Shown here: positions 18,410 through 27,505 of the stretch, in pieces | Position numbering within the stretch: position 1 is the first letter of the stretch | How the letters are laid out: the number at the start of each line of letters is the position of its first letter | Origin: Methanolinea sp. UBA473 | GTDB taxonomy: Archaea; Halobacteriota; Methanomicrobia; Methanomicrobiales; Methanospirillaceae | DNA length: 46,938 bases | Assembly (NCBI GenBank): GCA_002509495.1 | Contig: DAEV01000012.1 | Span: 4,714 to 51,651, forward strand | Direction: 5' to 3' | Made by a program: the position numbers and the translations under genes | Notes under the pieces: model-generated | The model's input: the letters and a program-made list of their open reading frames with translations, nothing else | Told to the model about the DNA's origin: nothing | The model's database searches: none

Positions 18410-18868
18410 ATGCAGTACGCTGAGGGGAAACCGGGAAGGATCTTCCTTCTCCGAATCGATCGTGGTGAGGACCTCCTGGTGGAGATCGAAAAATTTTCGA
18501 GAGAAAAGGAGATCCGCTGTGCAACCATCCAGATCCTTGGAGCCCTCCTGGAAGGGAACCTTGTTACAGGTCCTGAGGATCCCGTTCTGCCCCCCGTTCC
18601 ACATTTCGAGGAAGTAACCGGGGGATGGGATATCCTCGGCATCGCATCGCTCTTCTGGGGCGGGGACGGTCCTCATATTCACCTCCATACGGCGATGGGC
18701 AGGGGAAAACAGGCGCTGACGGGATGCCTGCGAGAACGCGGGGAGGTGTATCTCGTCATGGAAGCGGTCATCACCGAGATCCTGGGAATCGATGCACGCA
18801 TAGTCCATGATCCCGGGACGGGCCTCTCTCTTCCCAGGTTCGGACCCGGCCAATCCGGACTGAAATGA
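18410..18868 (+). CDS. PPC (DUF296) domain protein
   Basis: I prefer the start at ATG 18410 (MQYAEGKPGRIFLLRIDRGEDLLVEIEKF...ILGALLEGNL...HIHLHTAMG). The pattern resembles PPC/PCC domain proteins. Confidence 0.55.
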   Translation: MQYAEGKPGRIFLLRIDRGEDLLVEIEKFSREKEIRCATIQILGALLEGNLVTGPEDPVLPPVPHFEEVTGGWDILGIASLFWGGDGPHIHLHTAMGRGKQALTGCLRERGEVYLVMEAVITEILGIDARIVHDPGTGLSLPRFGPGQSGLK

Positions 18869-18926
18869 TCCCGGTACTGTTCCACGGTATGCCCGGATAC
18901 CGGGAACGGGGCCGGCAGGTGTTTCA

Positions 18927-20783
18927 ATGGTTCTGAAACAGCCGCGGTTCCTCCCGGTTACTCCCGAAGAGGGGAAGAATCTCGGGATCGACCAGTTCGA
19001 TATCATCCTGGTGAGTGGAGACGCGTACGTGGATCACCCCTCTTTTTCCACCGCCCTGCTCGGCCGGGTGCTCTGGGACGCCGGCTATACTGTGGGGGTG
19101 GTCGACCAGCCCGACTGGAGAGGGAGGGAGGACTTCTGCCGTTTCGGTGCACCGCGCCTCTTCTTTGCTGTCTGCCCGGGCAACTGCGACTCCATGGTGA
19201 ACCATTATACCGCCGCCCGGAAGCCTCGCTCGGATGACCTCTATTCCCCCGGAGGGATCCGAAAAAGACCCGATCGCGCTGCCCTGGTGTATACCGACAA
19301 GATCCATGCACTCTTCCCGGATGTCCCCCTCGTTCTGGGAGGCATCGAAGCCTCGCTCCGTCGCTTTGCCCATTATGATTACTGGGCCGATCGTGTCCGC
19401 CAGGCCATTCTTGCCGATTCGCCTGCCGATCTGCTGGTCTTCGGGATGGGGGAGCTCCAGCTCCTTGAGATCGCACGCGGGCTCTCCAGGGGAATCCCGG
19501 TTGAGGAGTTCGGGAGAATACCCGGGACATCGGTCCGGATGAGCGTGTCGGAATATTCCGAACTGGAGGATCCGGGATACGTGGAGATCCCCTCCTTTTC
19601 CGAGGTCTCCACCGATAAAGTCGCCTATGCAAAGGCATTCTCCCTCCACTACAGGGAGCAGGACCCTATCCGGGGGCATCCCGTGGTGCAGCCGCACCCT
19701 AAGACCGTGATCCTGCAGAATCCCCCTGCAAGGCCCCTCACCACACAGGAGCTGGACGGGCTGTACGAGCTTCCCTATTCGCGAAAAGCACATCCGGGAT
19801 ATAATAAACCAGTCCCTGCCCTCGAGACCGTCAGGTGTTCGCTCACGAGTCACCGCGGGTGTTTTGGGGGCTGTTCATTCTGTGCCCTGACCCATCACCA
19901 GGGGCGGATCATCCAGAACCGGAGCATCGGATCCCTTGTACGGGAAGCGGAACGTCTTGCGGCGATGCCCGGGTTCAAGGGGGTGATCAGTGACGTGGGA
20001 GGGCCGACTGCCAATATGTATGGGATGAACTGCCCGCAATGGGCCTCACGGGGGACCTGCCCGGACAGGAACTGCAACCCTGACTGCCCCGGCCTCCACG
20101 TTTCCCATTCCGCGCAGATGGAACTCCTCAGGAGGCTCCGGGAGGTACCTGGAGTTCGCTGGGTGTTCATAGGCTCCGGCCTCCGGTACGATCTCCTGCT
20201 GGCCGATCCCATGGATTACCTCCCGGAACTCTGCCAGTTCCACGTCTCCGGGCACCTGAAAATAGCCCCGGAGCACATCGTCCCCCATGTCACCTCCCGC
20301 ATGGGAAAGCCCGGCCTGCCTGTGTTGGAGGATTTTTTAAAAAGGTTCGAGGGGCTGCAGAAGGGAAAAAAGAAACGGCAGTATGTTCTTCCGTACCTGA
20401 TGTCCGGCCATCCGGGCTGTACGATTAGGGATATGATCATCCTCGCCGAATACCTGCGGGATCAGAAGCTCTATACCGAACAGGTGCAGGACTTCACACC
20501 CACCCCTATGACCGCATCCACGTGCATGTACTACACGGGACTTGACCCCTTCACGATGGAGCCGGTTCACGTGCCGAAGGGGAGGGAAAAAACCATCCAG
20601 CGTGCGCTGCTCCAGTACCGGGATCCAGGGAAACGATCCCTGATAGAGGAAGGCCTGGTACTCTCGGATCGGAGAGATCTCATCGGATATGGATCCCGCT
20701 GCCTCATTCCGCCACGGGAAGGGGGGGACGGATCTTCCAAAGAGAAGGAGAGAAGAACCTGGAAACAAAAAAAAACTGATTAA
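18927..20783 (+). CDS. ygiQ: YgiQ family radical SAM protein (UPF0313)
   Basis: 618 aa. N-terminal FDIILVSGDAYVDHPSF, radical-SAM cluster motif CFGGCSFC, and a basic C-terminal tail. Confidence 0.85.
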   Translation: MVLKQPRFLPVTPEEGKNLGIDQFDIILVSGDAYVDHPSFSTALLGRVLWDAGYTVGVVDQPDWRGREDFCRFGAPRLFFAVCPGNCDSMVNHYTAARKPRSDDLYSPGGIRKRPDRAALVYTDKIHALFPDVPLVLGGIEASLRRFAHYDYWADRVRQAILADSPADLLVFGMGELQLLEIARGLSRGIPVEEFGRIPGTSVRMSVSEYSELEDPGYVEIPSFSEVSTDKVAYAKAFSLHYREQDPIRGHPVVQPHPKTVILQNPPARPLTTQELDGLYELPYSRKAHPGYNKPVPALETVRCSLTSHRGCFGGCSFCALTHHQGRIIQNRSIGSLVREAERLAAMPGFKGVISDVGGPTANMYGMNCPQWASRGTCPDRNCNPDCPGLHVSHSAQMELLRRLREVPGVRWVFIGSGLRYDLLLADPMDYLPELCQFHVSGHLKIAPEHIVPHVTSRMGKPGLPVLEDFLKRFEGLQKGKKKRQYVLPYLMSGHPGCTIRDMIILAEYLRDQKLYTEQVQDFTPTPMTASTCMYYTGLDPFTMEPVHVPKGREKTIQRALLQYRDPGKRSLIEEGLVLSDRRDLIGYGSRCLIPPREGGDGSSKEKERRTWKQKKTD

Positions 20784-21247
20784 TGGGGGTGATCCGGGAT
20801 ATCCACTCCGGGGGTGTCGCAGGGAAGGCACCGTGCAAGTTTCTCATCGATAATCCGGTAAGCGTTCGCCAGGACCGAGGAGTTGGAGATGAGACCTGTG
20901 ATGAGGATCACCTCAAGGATCTCCTCCCTGCAGGCGCCTTTTTTCAATGCGGCCTGCATGTGGTAACTCGTGCAGTGCTGGCAGCGGAGGGCGGCACCCA
21001 CGGCCATGCTGATCAGCTCGACATACTTCGGATCCAGCGAACTGGTCTGGGTCACTGCACCTTTGTAGAGCAGGTGGGAGATGAGAACCTCCGGCCGTTC
21101 CGCCATGCGTTTGAAGATGAGGGGGGCCCGCCCGTACTCTTCCTCTATCCTCTTCATCCAAAGGTCTGCAGTCTCGTCTCCCCCCTGCTCGAGGATCTCT
21201 CGCAGGGTCTCTTCGAAATATTCAAGTTCGTTCATGGGTATTTTCAC
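20780..21247 (-). CDS. Carboxymuconolactone decarboxylase / AhpD-like family protein
   Basis: 155 aa. AhpD-fold CxxC motif in AALRCQHCTSYH, followed by EIL.VI helices. Confidence 0.7.
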   Translation of the reverse strand: MKIPMNELEYFEETLREILEQGGDETADLWMKRIEEEYGRAPLIFKRMAERPEVLISHLLYKGAVTQTSSLDPKYVELISMAVGAALRCQHCTSYHMQAALKKGACREEILEVILITGLISNSSVLANAYRIIDEKLARCLPCDTPGVDIPDHPH

Positions 21248-21497
21248 CCGGAATAGACAGTCTCCTGGCGTTCACGATTTCGTTATCATTGTTCAAGGAT
21301 TTGAATGGCTCCGCCATTTCATTCTCCCTTGTTGCACGTGTCATGCAGGGAATGTGGTTTGTACCTATCCTATCCGCGCACGTATTAGGATGTCCATCCG
21401 ATGACTGTAAATTTTTTCGCAGTGTACATCAGGCTTTTATTCTCCAATCCTCCAACCTGTAGTGAGTCTCCCGGAATCGGGAGAACCAGGAGTAAAT

Positions 21498-23054
21498 ATG
21501 TCATACTGGAGTTCTTTTATCCGCTCCACATGCGCAATCCTCGTCGTCTGCCTCCTGCTGGGGACGATGGGGGCCGTCATGGCGGCACCGTCTGAATACA
21601 AAACCGCCGTTAAGAGCAGCACCAGGATTACGACCTTTTCCCACGACATCCGGGACTTTTGCCCCCACGCTCCGGTCCTCTGGAACGGGGAAATTGTTGG
21701 GACCTCCGGCAGGAGCTTCGCAACGTTCCCCACAACCGGCACCCTCCCACTTCATCCTCAAACAGACAAGCTGAATGTGACCGGGATCGATCGCACCCTG
21801 ACATTCGACTCGTTCCGTGAGCATCTGAGTCCATCCTCCGGGACTTCCGGGAAGTCGATGGTCTCGGGGAACGGAACTGTCGTCTATGTGGATCTTGCGG
21901 ACGGGTTCTACGGGATCGTGGCCGACGACGGGTCCCGTTATATCCCCGACACTCTGCCCGACTCCCTGAAGGCAGATGGAACCAGGATCGGGTTCTCGGG
22001 CATCGTATCTCCCCCGGAGCCCAACATCCGGATGTGGGGCTCTCCCCTGCACGTACTCAGGATTGTTCCCCTTGAGGACCGGTTTACGATGGGTGGAACG
22101 GTCCAATACATCGATCTGGAAGGAGGATTCTACGGGATCGTGGCCGACGACGGGAGTCATTATCTTCCCATGAACCTGCCCGAGGAATACAAGGAGGACA
22201 ACCTTCACGTGGTCTTCACCGCCCGGGAGATGGAGGATATCAATACGATTTACATGTGGGGTATTGTAGTGCAGATCCTCTCCATCCAGGTGTCAGGAGA
22301 GGCGCAGCATGCGGATCCTTCCGATCTTTCCGGATCGTGGACCCTGATCCGGTACCTTCACGATGGCATCGTGACCGATAGGATCCCCGGGACTACCATC
22401 ACTGCAGAGTTCGGGGATGATGGGACAGTGAACGGAAGATCCGGATGCAACCTGTATTTCGCAGACTACGTGGCGTCCGGCAACGCCCTGTCCATCGGGA
22501 GCGTAGGATCCACCGAGATGTACTGCTACCAGCCGGAAGGGACGATGGAGCAGGAAGCAGCATATCTCGGCCTGCTCGTGGATGCGGTGTCGTTTAAGAT
22601 CGAGGACGGGGAATTGGTCCTCATGGACGAGGATGGACGCGGGATCCTCTGGTTCGCACCGGGTACACCGGGCGACATCGAAGAAAGAATGTCGCTTGTC
22701 GGGTTCAGCAGGACTGGTGGCTTTGCGGGATTCCACGATCACCTTGTCATCTATCCGGATGGAAGTGCAAGCCTCACCCGCAAGGAGTATGCCACAGGGT
22801 TTACCCTCACGTCGGAGGAGCTTCTGGAGCTACGAGGTCTTCTGACTGATTCAGGGTTCTCATCGCTGGACCTCGAATACAGGGCCGTAAACAGCGGTGC
22901 AGACCTGTTCACGTACGAGATCACGTATGATGGGAGAACCGTCCTGGCCGAAGAGACCGCGGTCCCTGAACACCTTATCCCGGTCATCGATGTACTCTCG
23001 CGGCTCGTACAGGAGAATGCCCCCGACGATGTCATGATCCCCCTCGATTCCTGA
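21498..23054 (+). CDS. Secreted multidomain protein: signal peptide, duplicated ~74-aa module, META (HslJ-like) domain, emfourin-like C-terminal domain
   Basis: I prefer the start at ATG 21498 (MSYWSSFIRSTCAILVVCLLLGTMGAVMAAP) after AGGAG. META-like block: SGSWTLIRY...ITAEFGDDGTVNGRSGCNLYFADY...STEMYC...EAAYLGLL...FKIEDGELVL. C-terminal block: FSRTGGFAGFHDHLVIYPDGS...LTSEELLELRGLL...FTYEITYDGRTV. Confidence 0.6.
   Translation: MSYWSSFIRSTCAILVVCLLLGTMGAVMAAPSEYKTAVKSSTRITTFSHDIRDFCPHAPVLWNGEIVGTSGRSFATFPTTGTLPLHPQTDKLNVTGIDRTLTFDSFREHLSPSSGTSGKSMVSGNGTVVYVDLADGFYGIVADDGSRYIPDTLPDSLKADGTRIGFSGIVSPPEPNIRMWGSPLHVLRIVPLEDRFTMGGTVQYIDLEGGFYGIVADDGSHYLPMNLPEEYKEDNLHVVFTAREMEDINTIYMWGIVVQILSIQVSGEAQHADPSDLSGSWTLIRYLHDGIVTDRIPGTTITAEFGDDGTVNGRSGCNLYFADYVASGNALSIGSVGSTEMYCYQPEGTMEQEAAYLGLLVDAVSFKIEDGELVLMDEDGRGILWFAPGTPGDIEERMSLVGFSRTGGFAGFHDHLVIYPDGSASLTRKEYATGFTLTSEELLELRGLLTDSGFSSLDLEYRAVNSGADLFTYEITYDGRTVLAEETAVPEHLIPVIDVLSRLVQENAPDDVMIPLDS
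21906..22154 (+). repeat. Intragenic direct repeat: two identical 27-nt cores (21906-21932 and 22128-22154), 222 nt apart, marking a duplicated protein module
   Basis: TTCTACGGGATCGTGGCCGACGACGGG occurs twice, in frame. It encodes FYGIVADDG within VVYVDLADGFYGIVADDGSRYIP and VQYIDLEGGFYGIVADDGSHYLP. Confidence 0.85.
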
Positions 23055-23238
23055 TCCGGAAGGGGGGCTTTGCTCCCCCGCATCCCCTGGTCACCAGATT
23101 GTGGCCTGTTTCTTTTGTAAGGTACTTCGGGTCATCCGGTCCTTCCACGTCCATTCCGGTTTGCTGGGAATGATTTATTATCGGGCACATCCAGTCAATC
23201 CTAACGCATTTCATGGAAATGCTGAGAGGAAGAGAGTA

Positions 23239-23778
23239 ATGTTTCGAACGGTATCCGTGGTTTCCCTGATTGCCCTCCTTTGCGTACTTATTGCCCTCTC
23301 CGGTTGTATTTCTCCGGAGAATCTGGAGGGGGTGACCGGCGGACCCTCCGTTACGGAGAGTCCCACCCCCGGGTCCACGGATGGCGGTCCTGCGGGCGAA
23401 CAGTCTACGGACCAGACGGTCAAGGACATCGTCGTTCCGATTGCTACACCCCAGTCGGGATATGTGGAAACGCCCTACGGATATGTCGCGTACACTGGTA
23501 TGAAAACGGCCCCGCGTCTGGTGGTTCAGGATATCAAGGCCGAAACAAACGATCTTGGGGAGAAGTACATCACAGGAAGGATCAAGAATGAAGGAAGCTC
23601 CAGGATCGACCATATCACCCTCACGGTCAACCTCTATAACTCCAATGGGAATCTCCTCGGGAATGCAGTATCCAGTGCTCATTACCTCGGACCGGGAAAG
23701 GTATGGAGATTCACGACCGGGACCTTCCCGTCCAAAGAATTCAGTTTTTTTGAGGTTGCCGAGATATTCGTAGCCTGA
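23239..23778 (+). CDS. Putative lipoprotein, FxLYD-like domain
   Basis: I prefer the start at ATG 23239 (MFRTVSVVSLIALLCVLIALSGC, lipobox-like LSGC). A Pro/Thr/Gly-rich linker follows, then a beta-rich domain with GRIKNEGSSRIDHITLTVNLYNSNGNLLG...GPGKVWRF. Confidence 0.5.
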   Translation: MFRTVSVVSLIALLCVLIALSGCISPENLEGVTGGPSVTESPTPGSTDGGPAGEQSTDQTVKDIVVPIATPQSGYVETPYGYVAYTGMKTAPRLVVQDIKAETNDLGEKYITGRIKNEGSSRIDHITLTVNLYNSNGNLLGNAVSSAHYLGPGKVWRFTTGTFPSKEFSFFEVAEIFVA

Positions 23779-23849
23779 GGGGTTTCCTCCCTTCAGCCAA
23801 CATGGCCTCTCTGGGGTTATCCTCCTGCGGTTGGAGGGAACCTGTGGTA

Positions 23850-24788
23850 TCAGATGAAGACATTTGTCTCGGAGAATGGTTTAACCCTGATCAGGATATA
23901 GTCCCTCATCCTCGATGGGCGTATGTCCGCAACGTCCCCGATGGTGGTGCCCCCTTCGATCTCGGTCTTTTTCAGGACGATGGCGAACGTATCGTAAGGG
24001 AGCTTGACACGAAGACCCGTCATCTGGACCGTGACGGGTGTCGGGGAGAGCACGTCGTGGATGGCATCCACTTTCTCGTTGACCACGTTCATCAGCCTTG
24101 CGGGGGAGACGGAGAGGGGGTCCTTTGCCAGTTCCACTCTCCTCCTGTCGAGGACCGCCGTGATTACCTCGATAATCTCGTCCAGCCTGGACAACTCCTC
24201 AGACTCTTTCGTCCTGTGCATGAACCGGCCGATGCTCCCGACGTATCCCTCTACCGGGGGATCGATGAGACTTTTTAACACCTCGGTGGAAGGACCTCCG
24301 CAAAGGACGATAGGGACAGTGATCCCCCTCCTTAACACGGGAAATTTGTGAGCGATGCATGCCTCGAAATCTCCCAGCAGGTACACCGCAAGGTCGTGCT
24401 CGTTGATCACATCCCGCTCTTCATCGTTTAACTGGGCGATGCGCTTTCCAAATCCCCTTGCCAGTCCTACCATGTTCGTCTTGGCCCCGTTGCGGCGGAT
24501 ATACTCTGCCGTGTCGCAGGAGGCATGAGGCAGGTGGTGGATCTCGAGGCTCGGGCTGACGACCGCGATCTCGGTCCCTACCAGGGGGGAGGCGAAGATC
24601 TCGCCCGTGAGTGGTTTCCCGATCCGCCTGATCAACTCGATGTCGTCTTTCGGAACAAGGGCCTGCAGCACCACTTCCTGGGCAATCACGTGTTTCTGGA
24701 TAATATATCCGCCGAGGTCTTCGATCAGGTCCATGATCTCGTCATGGCGGTAGATACCCCCCTTGTAGGTCACGGGAACAAGGATCAC
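23850..24788 (-). CDS. mmp7: Methanogenesis marker protein 7
   Basis: 312 aa, the last gene of the A2/Mmp operon. Length and position fit marker 7. Its start overlaps the mmp17 stop by 4 nt. Confidence 0.7.
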   Translation of the reverse strand: MILVPVTYKGGIYRHDEIMDLIEDLGGYIIQKHVIAQEVVLQALVPKDDIELIRRIGKPLTGEIFASPLVGTEIAVVSPSLEIHHLPHASCDTAEYIRRNGAKTNMVGLARGFGKRIAQLNDEERDVINEHDLAVYLLGDFEACIAHKFPVLRRGITVPIVLCGGPSTEVLKSLIDPPVEGYVGSIGRFMHRTKESEELSRLDEIIEVITAVLDRRRVELAKDPLSVSPARLMNVVNEKVDAIHDVLSPTPVTVQMTGLRVKLPYDTFAIVLKKTEIEGGTTIGDVADIRPSRMRDYILIRVKPFSETNVFI

Positions 24789-25366
24789 AGGCTCTCTCCT
24801 ATCAGTGCGAACTTTTCGCGTACCAGGTCCTCGATATTTTCAGGGAGGGTGTCTTCACTCGCGACCAGGTAGAACTTCCCGTTGCCGTAATATTGACGGC
24901 GAACTTTGAACCCTTCGGGCTGAATCACCTGCAGGGCATAGATCAGGTCCTTGTAGATTGTAGTGCTCGGATCAAACACGGGGAGATCTTCAAGTCCTTC
25001 CGATTCTTCGCTCGACAGGTTCATGATGATGGTGAACCGGTCGGGCTGTTCCACCCGATCCTTCCCGAATTTTTCCCACAGGATCTTAAGGAGAGGGGCG
25101 AGGTAGGCTTCATTTCCGATCGAGACGGTTACTTTTCCTTCCTGCTGATTCACATCCGCGAAATCCCGGAGCCGGACGATACCGGGGAGTTTCTGGGTGA
25201 CCCCGACTGCAATGAAGAGCGGTATCCGCGGATCGATGAAGAGGTGGAGTTTTTTTACTACCCTCACAAGGTTATGGTCAAGGAGAACGACATCCGCTAT
25301 CCGCAGGTAATACGACCCCCCCGCTTCTTCAGGGCATTCGACCTTGAAATACTCCACGGCCTCCAT
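24785..25366 (-). CDS. mmp17: Methanogenesis marker protein 17
   Basis: 193 aa, directly abutting the mmp15 stop (25367). Size and operon position fit marker 17. Confidence 0.65.
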   Translation of the reverse strand: MEAVEYFKVECPEEAGGSYYLRIADVVLLDHNLVRVVKKLHLFIDPRIPLFIAVGVTQKLPGIVRLRDFADVNQQEGKVTVSIGNEAYLAPLLKILWEKFGKDRVEQPDRFTIIMNLSSEESEGLEDLPVFDPSTTIYKDLIYALQVIQPEGFKVRRQYYGNGKFYLVASEDTLPENIEDLVREKFALIGESL

Positions 25367-26602
25367 CTACTCTCCCTTGATGAACCCTGAGGAAAGCAAC
25401 GCGGTCCCTACGGCCCCGATGTACTGGGAGTGGTGGGGGACAACGATCTCGGTCTGGAGCAGATCTCCCATGGCCTTCACCAGCCCCTGGATGAGGGAGG
25501 TCCCTCCCACCATGAGGACCGGCTCCCGGATATCCACTTCCTGCAGTTGCTGTTCGAAGACCTGCTCCGCCACGGAATGGCAGGCGGCCGCGGCAACGTC
25601 CTCCGGGGTACTGCCTGCGGCAAGGGCGTTCACCAGGCTCTGGGTCCCGAACACGATGCAGTAGCTGTTCATGGGAACCTTCCGGGAAAGGCCTTTCATT
25701 GCGAGGGGTCCGAGTTCCGTGATATCCACGCCCAACCGCTTGGCAGTCATCTCCAGGAACCGTCCGCTCGCGCCAGCGCAGATCCCTCCCATGGTGAAAG
25801 TCCCCGGGATGCCGTCCTGGACACTGATTGCCTTGTTGTCCATGCCCCCGATGTCGATTACCGTGGCAGGCCCATGCTGGGTGTCTGCAAGGTATACGGC
25901 ACCTTTCGAGTTCACGGTAAGTTCCTCCTGGATCAACTGTGCTCCTATCTTCTCCCCAACCAGGAATCTTCCGTATCCCGTCGTCCCGGTTGCCATGATA
26001 TCCTCCCGTTTCACCCCCGCCTCCTTGAGCGCAAGGGCGATCGCATCCTCGGCACTCTGCAGGACGCCGGTCGTGGGCAGCCACCCGGTTCCGACGATGC
26101 GGTTGTCCTGCATTACTACGGCTTTCGTGGTGCTTGAACCGGAGTCCACTCCGAGGGTGAGGCCCTCCTGCACCTCGCGTGCAAGGAGAGCCCTCCTCCG
26201 TGCGATGGTGGTAAGGGCTTCCATCCGGGTGAGAAGCGTGCCTGAAGTCGTCCTCTCGGTGAAGGAATAGGAAACAACAGGAAGCCGTGAATGCTCGTGA
26301 ATGTAGCGGCGAAGTTCGTTCCGAACAATGGCAGCTTCTGCACACCGGAAGCACGTAGCAATGAAGACCGCGTCCGCATCGACTCTCCCTTCCACCAGCG
26401 CTTTGGCCCTGGCGATGGCCAGTTTCAGGTCAGGACTCCTCACGTCCAGCCCGAATTCCTGGAAAGAGGAGCGGATATCGGCGAGTTTGATATCAGGGAA
26501 GAAGATCTCGGCGTCGACAGAGGCTGCGGCTTCTTCGATCTCCTTCTGGACCCCGCTGTATTCCGGGCCGCAGGAGAGCTGGGCGATCCTTACCTTGCTC
26601 AT
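25367..26602 (-). CDS. mmp15: Methanogenesis marker protein 15 (BadF/BadG/BcrA/BcrD-type ATPase fold)
   Basis: 411 aa. ASKHA/BcrAD-type motifs [25 protein letters not shown] and MVGGTS. An N-terminal Cys-containing domain is present. Confidence 0.8.
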   Translation of the reverse strand: MSKVRIAQLSCGPEYSGVQKEIEEAAASVDAEIFFPDIKLADIRSSFQEFGLDVRSPDLKLAIARAKALVEGRVDADAVFIATCFRCAEAAIVRNELRRYIHEHSRLPVVSYSFTERTTSGTLLTRMEALTTIARRRALLAREVQEGLTLGVDSGSSTTKAVVMQDNRIVGTGWLPTTGVLQSAEDAIALALKEAGVKREDIMATGTTGYGRFLVGEKIGAQLIQEELTVNSKGAVYLADTQHGPATVIDIGGMDNKAISVQDGIPGTFTMGGICAGASGRFLEMTAKRLGVDITELGPLAMKGLSRKVPMNSYCIVFGTQSLVNALAAGSTPEDVAAAACHSVAEQVFEQQLQEVDIREPVLMVGGTSLIQGLVKAMGDLLQTEIVVPHHSQYIGAVGTALLSSGFIKGE

Positions 26603-27045
26603 GGGGAACCCCCCAGCCCCTCCAGGAACTTCCGGATTGCTGCCACGAATTCCTCCCCCTCATCCTCGGTGCGCGGGTAGTTGAGATCGAGAATCGGTAT
26701 CCCCTTCTTGTGCAGCAGATATTTGATCAACTCGTTCGTGCGGGCACATCCCATGCATCCGAAGGAGAAATCCGCATCATTCACGATGATCGCAGCCTCC
26801 GCCTGGTCTACCATGGGTCCGTAGAGGGACATCCTGCCACGGACACCCGAGGGTACTTCCACGGCCGCCCACCGGAGCCCGACTTTTGGTTCTTCCGGGG
26901 TGATCTGCAGCGGCGGGGACTCGAGGCCGGGGGTCTGGATCCGCTCCCGGATCTCAATTGCCGCGGATAGGGGCGTGTGGCCGAACCTCGCTACCAGGTC
27001 AGAGAGGATGAGGCTGGTGGTGGGATATATGAAGACCTTAACCAT
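26599..27045 (-). CDS. mmp5: Methanogenesis marker protein 5
   Basis: I prefer the start at ATG 27045 (MVKVFIYP...), 1 nt after the mmp6 stop and 7 nt after [17 protein letters not shown] motif. The length of about 148 aa fits marker 5. Confidence 0.7.
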   Translation of the reverse strand: MVKVFIYPTTSLILSDLVARFGHTPLSAAIEIRERIQTPGLESPPLQITPEEPKVGLRWAAVEVPSGVRGRMSLYGPMVDQAEAAIIVNDADFSFGCMGCARTNELIKYLLHKKGIPILDLNYPRTEDEGEEFVAAIRKFLEGLGGSP

Positions 27046-27046
27046 G

Positions 27047-27505
27047 TCAGGACTCCTTCGATTCAATGATTTTTTTCAGGCGGGCTGCATCCAGTTTCTT
27101 CCCTGTCCCGGGTGCGGGTGGAAGCGGCTCTTTTCCCGGAGGGCGATCGCGAAGCCTGGCGAGGCCGGAGGAGATGTTCTTAATAAGGGAGATCTCGAAT
27201 TCGTGACCGAAGAACCCTGGGCGTGCTCCGCCCAGGTTTGCCCGGCATCTCCGGGCATCTCCGGGCGGGAAACCTCGATCTTTCACAAAGATGTGGATCG
27301 GATCAAGGGCGCGGATCTGTTCGATGATGAGGTTGACATCCTCCACCTTTCCCGTAATCATCAGTCCGAAGCAGGTCTCCTTGATCATCACCCCCTGGGA
27401 CAGCTCGTATGCCCTGATTGCAAGGTCGGAGGGGGTCATATCGGGGGAGTCCACGAATACATACTTCGTCACGGATCCTACATATCGCGGGGTATATCCG
27501 GTCAT
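27047..27505 (-). CDS. mmp6: Methanogenesis marker protein 6
   Basis: 152 aa. Its start overlaps the mmp3 stop (ATGA at 27502-27505). Size and position fit marker 6. Confidence 0.65.
   Translation of the reverse strand: MTGYTPRYVGSVTKYVFVDSPDMTPSDLAIRAYELSQGVMIKETCFGLMITGKVEDVNLIIEQIRALDPIHIFVKDRGFPPGDARRCRANLGGARPGFFGHEFEISLIKNISSGLARLRDRPPGKEPLPPAPGTGKKLDAARLKKIIESKES

Noticed and set aside
25329-26354. 341-aa ORF in an alternative frame on the same strand as mmp15
   Set aside because: The product is a low-complexity Arg/Gly/Pro/His-rich string with no motifs. It lies wholly inside a gene with clear ASKHA/BcrAD ATPase motifs. This is a typical high-GC alternate-frame artefact.
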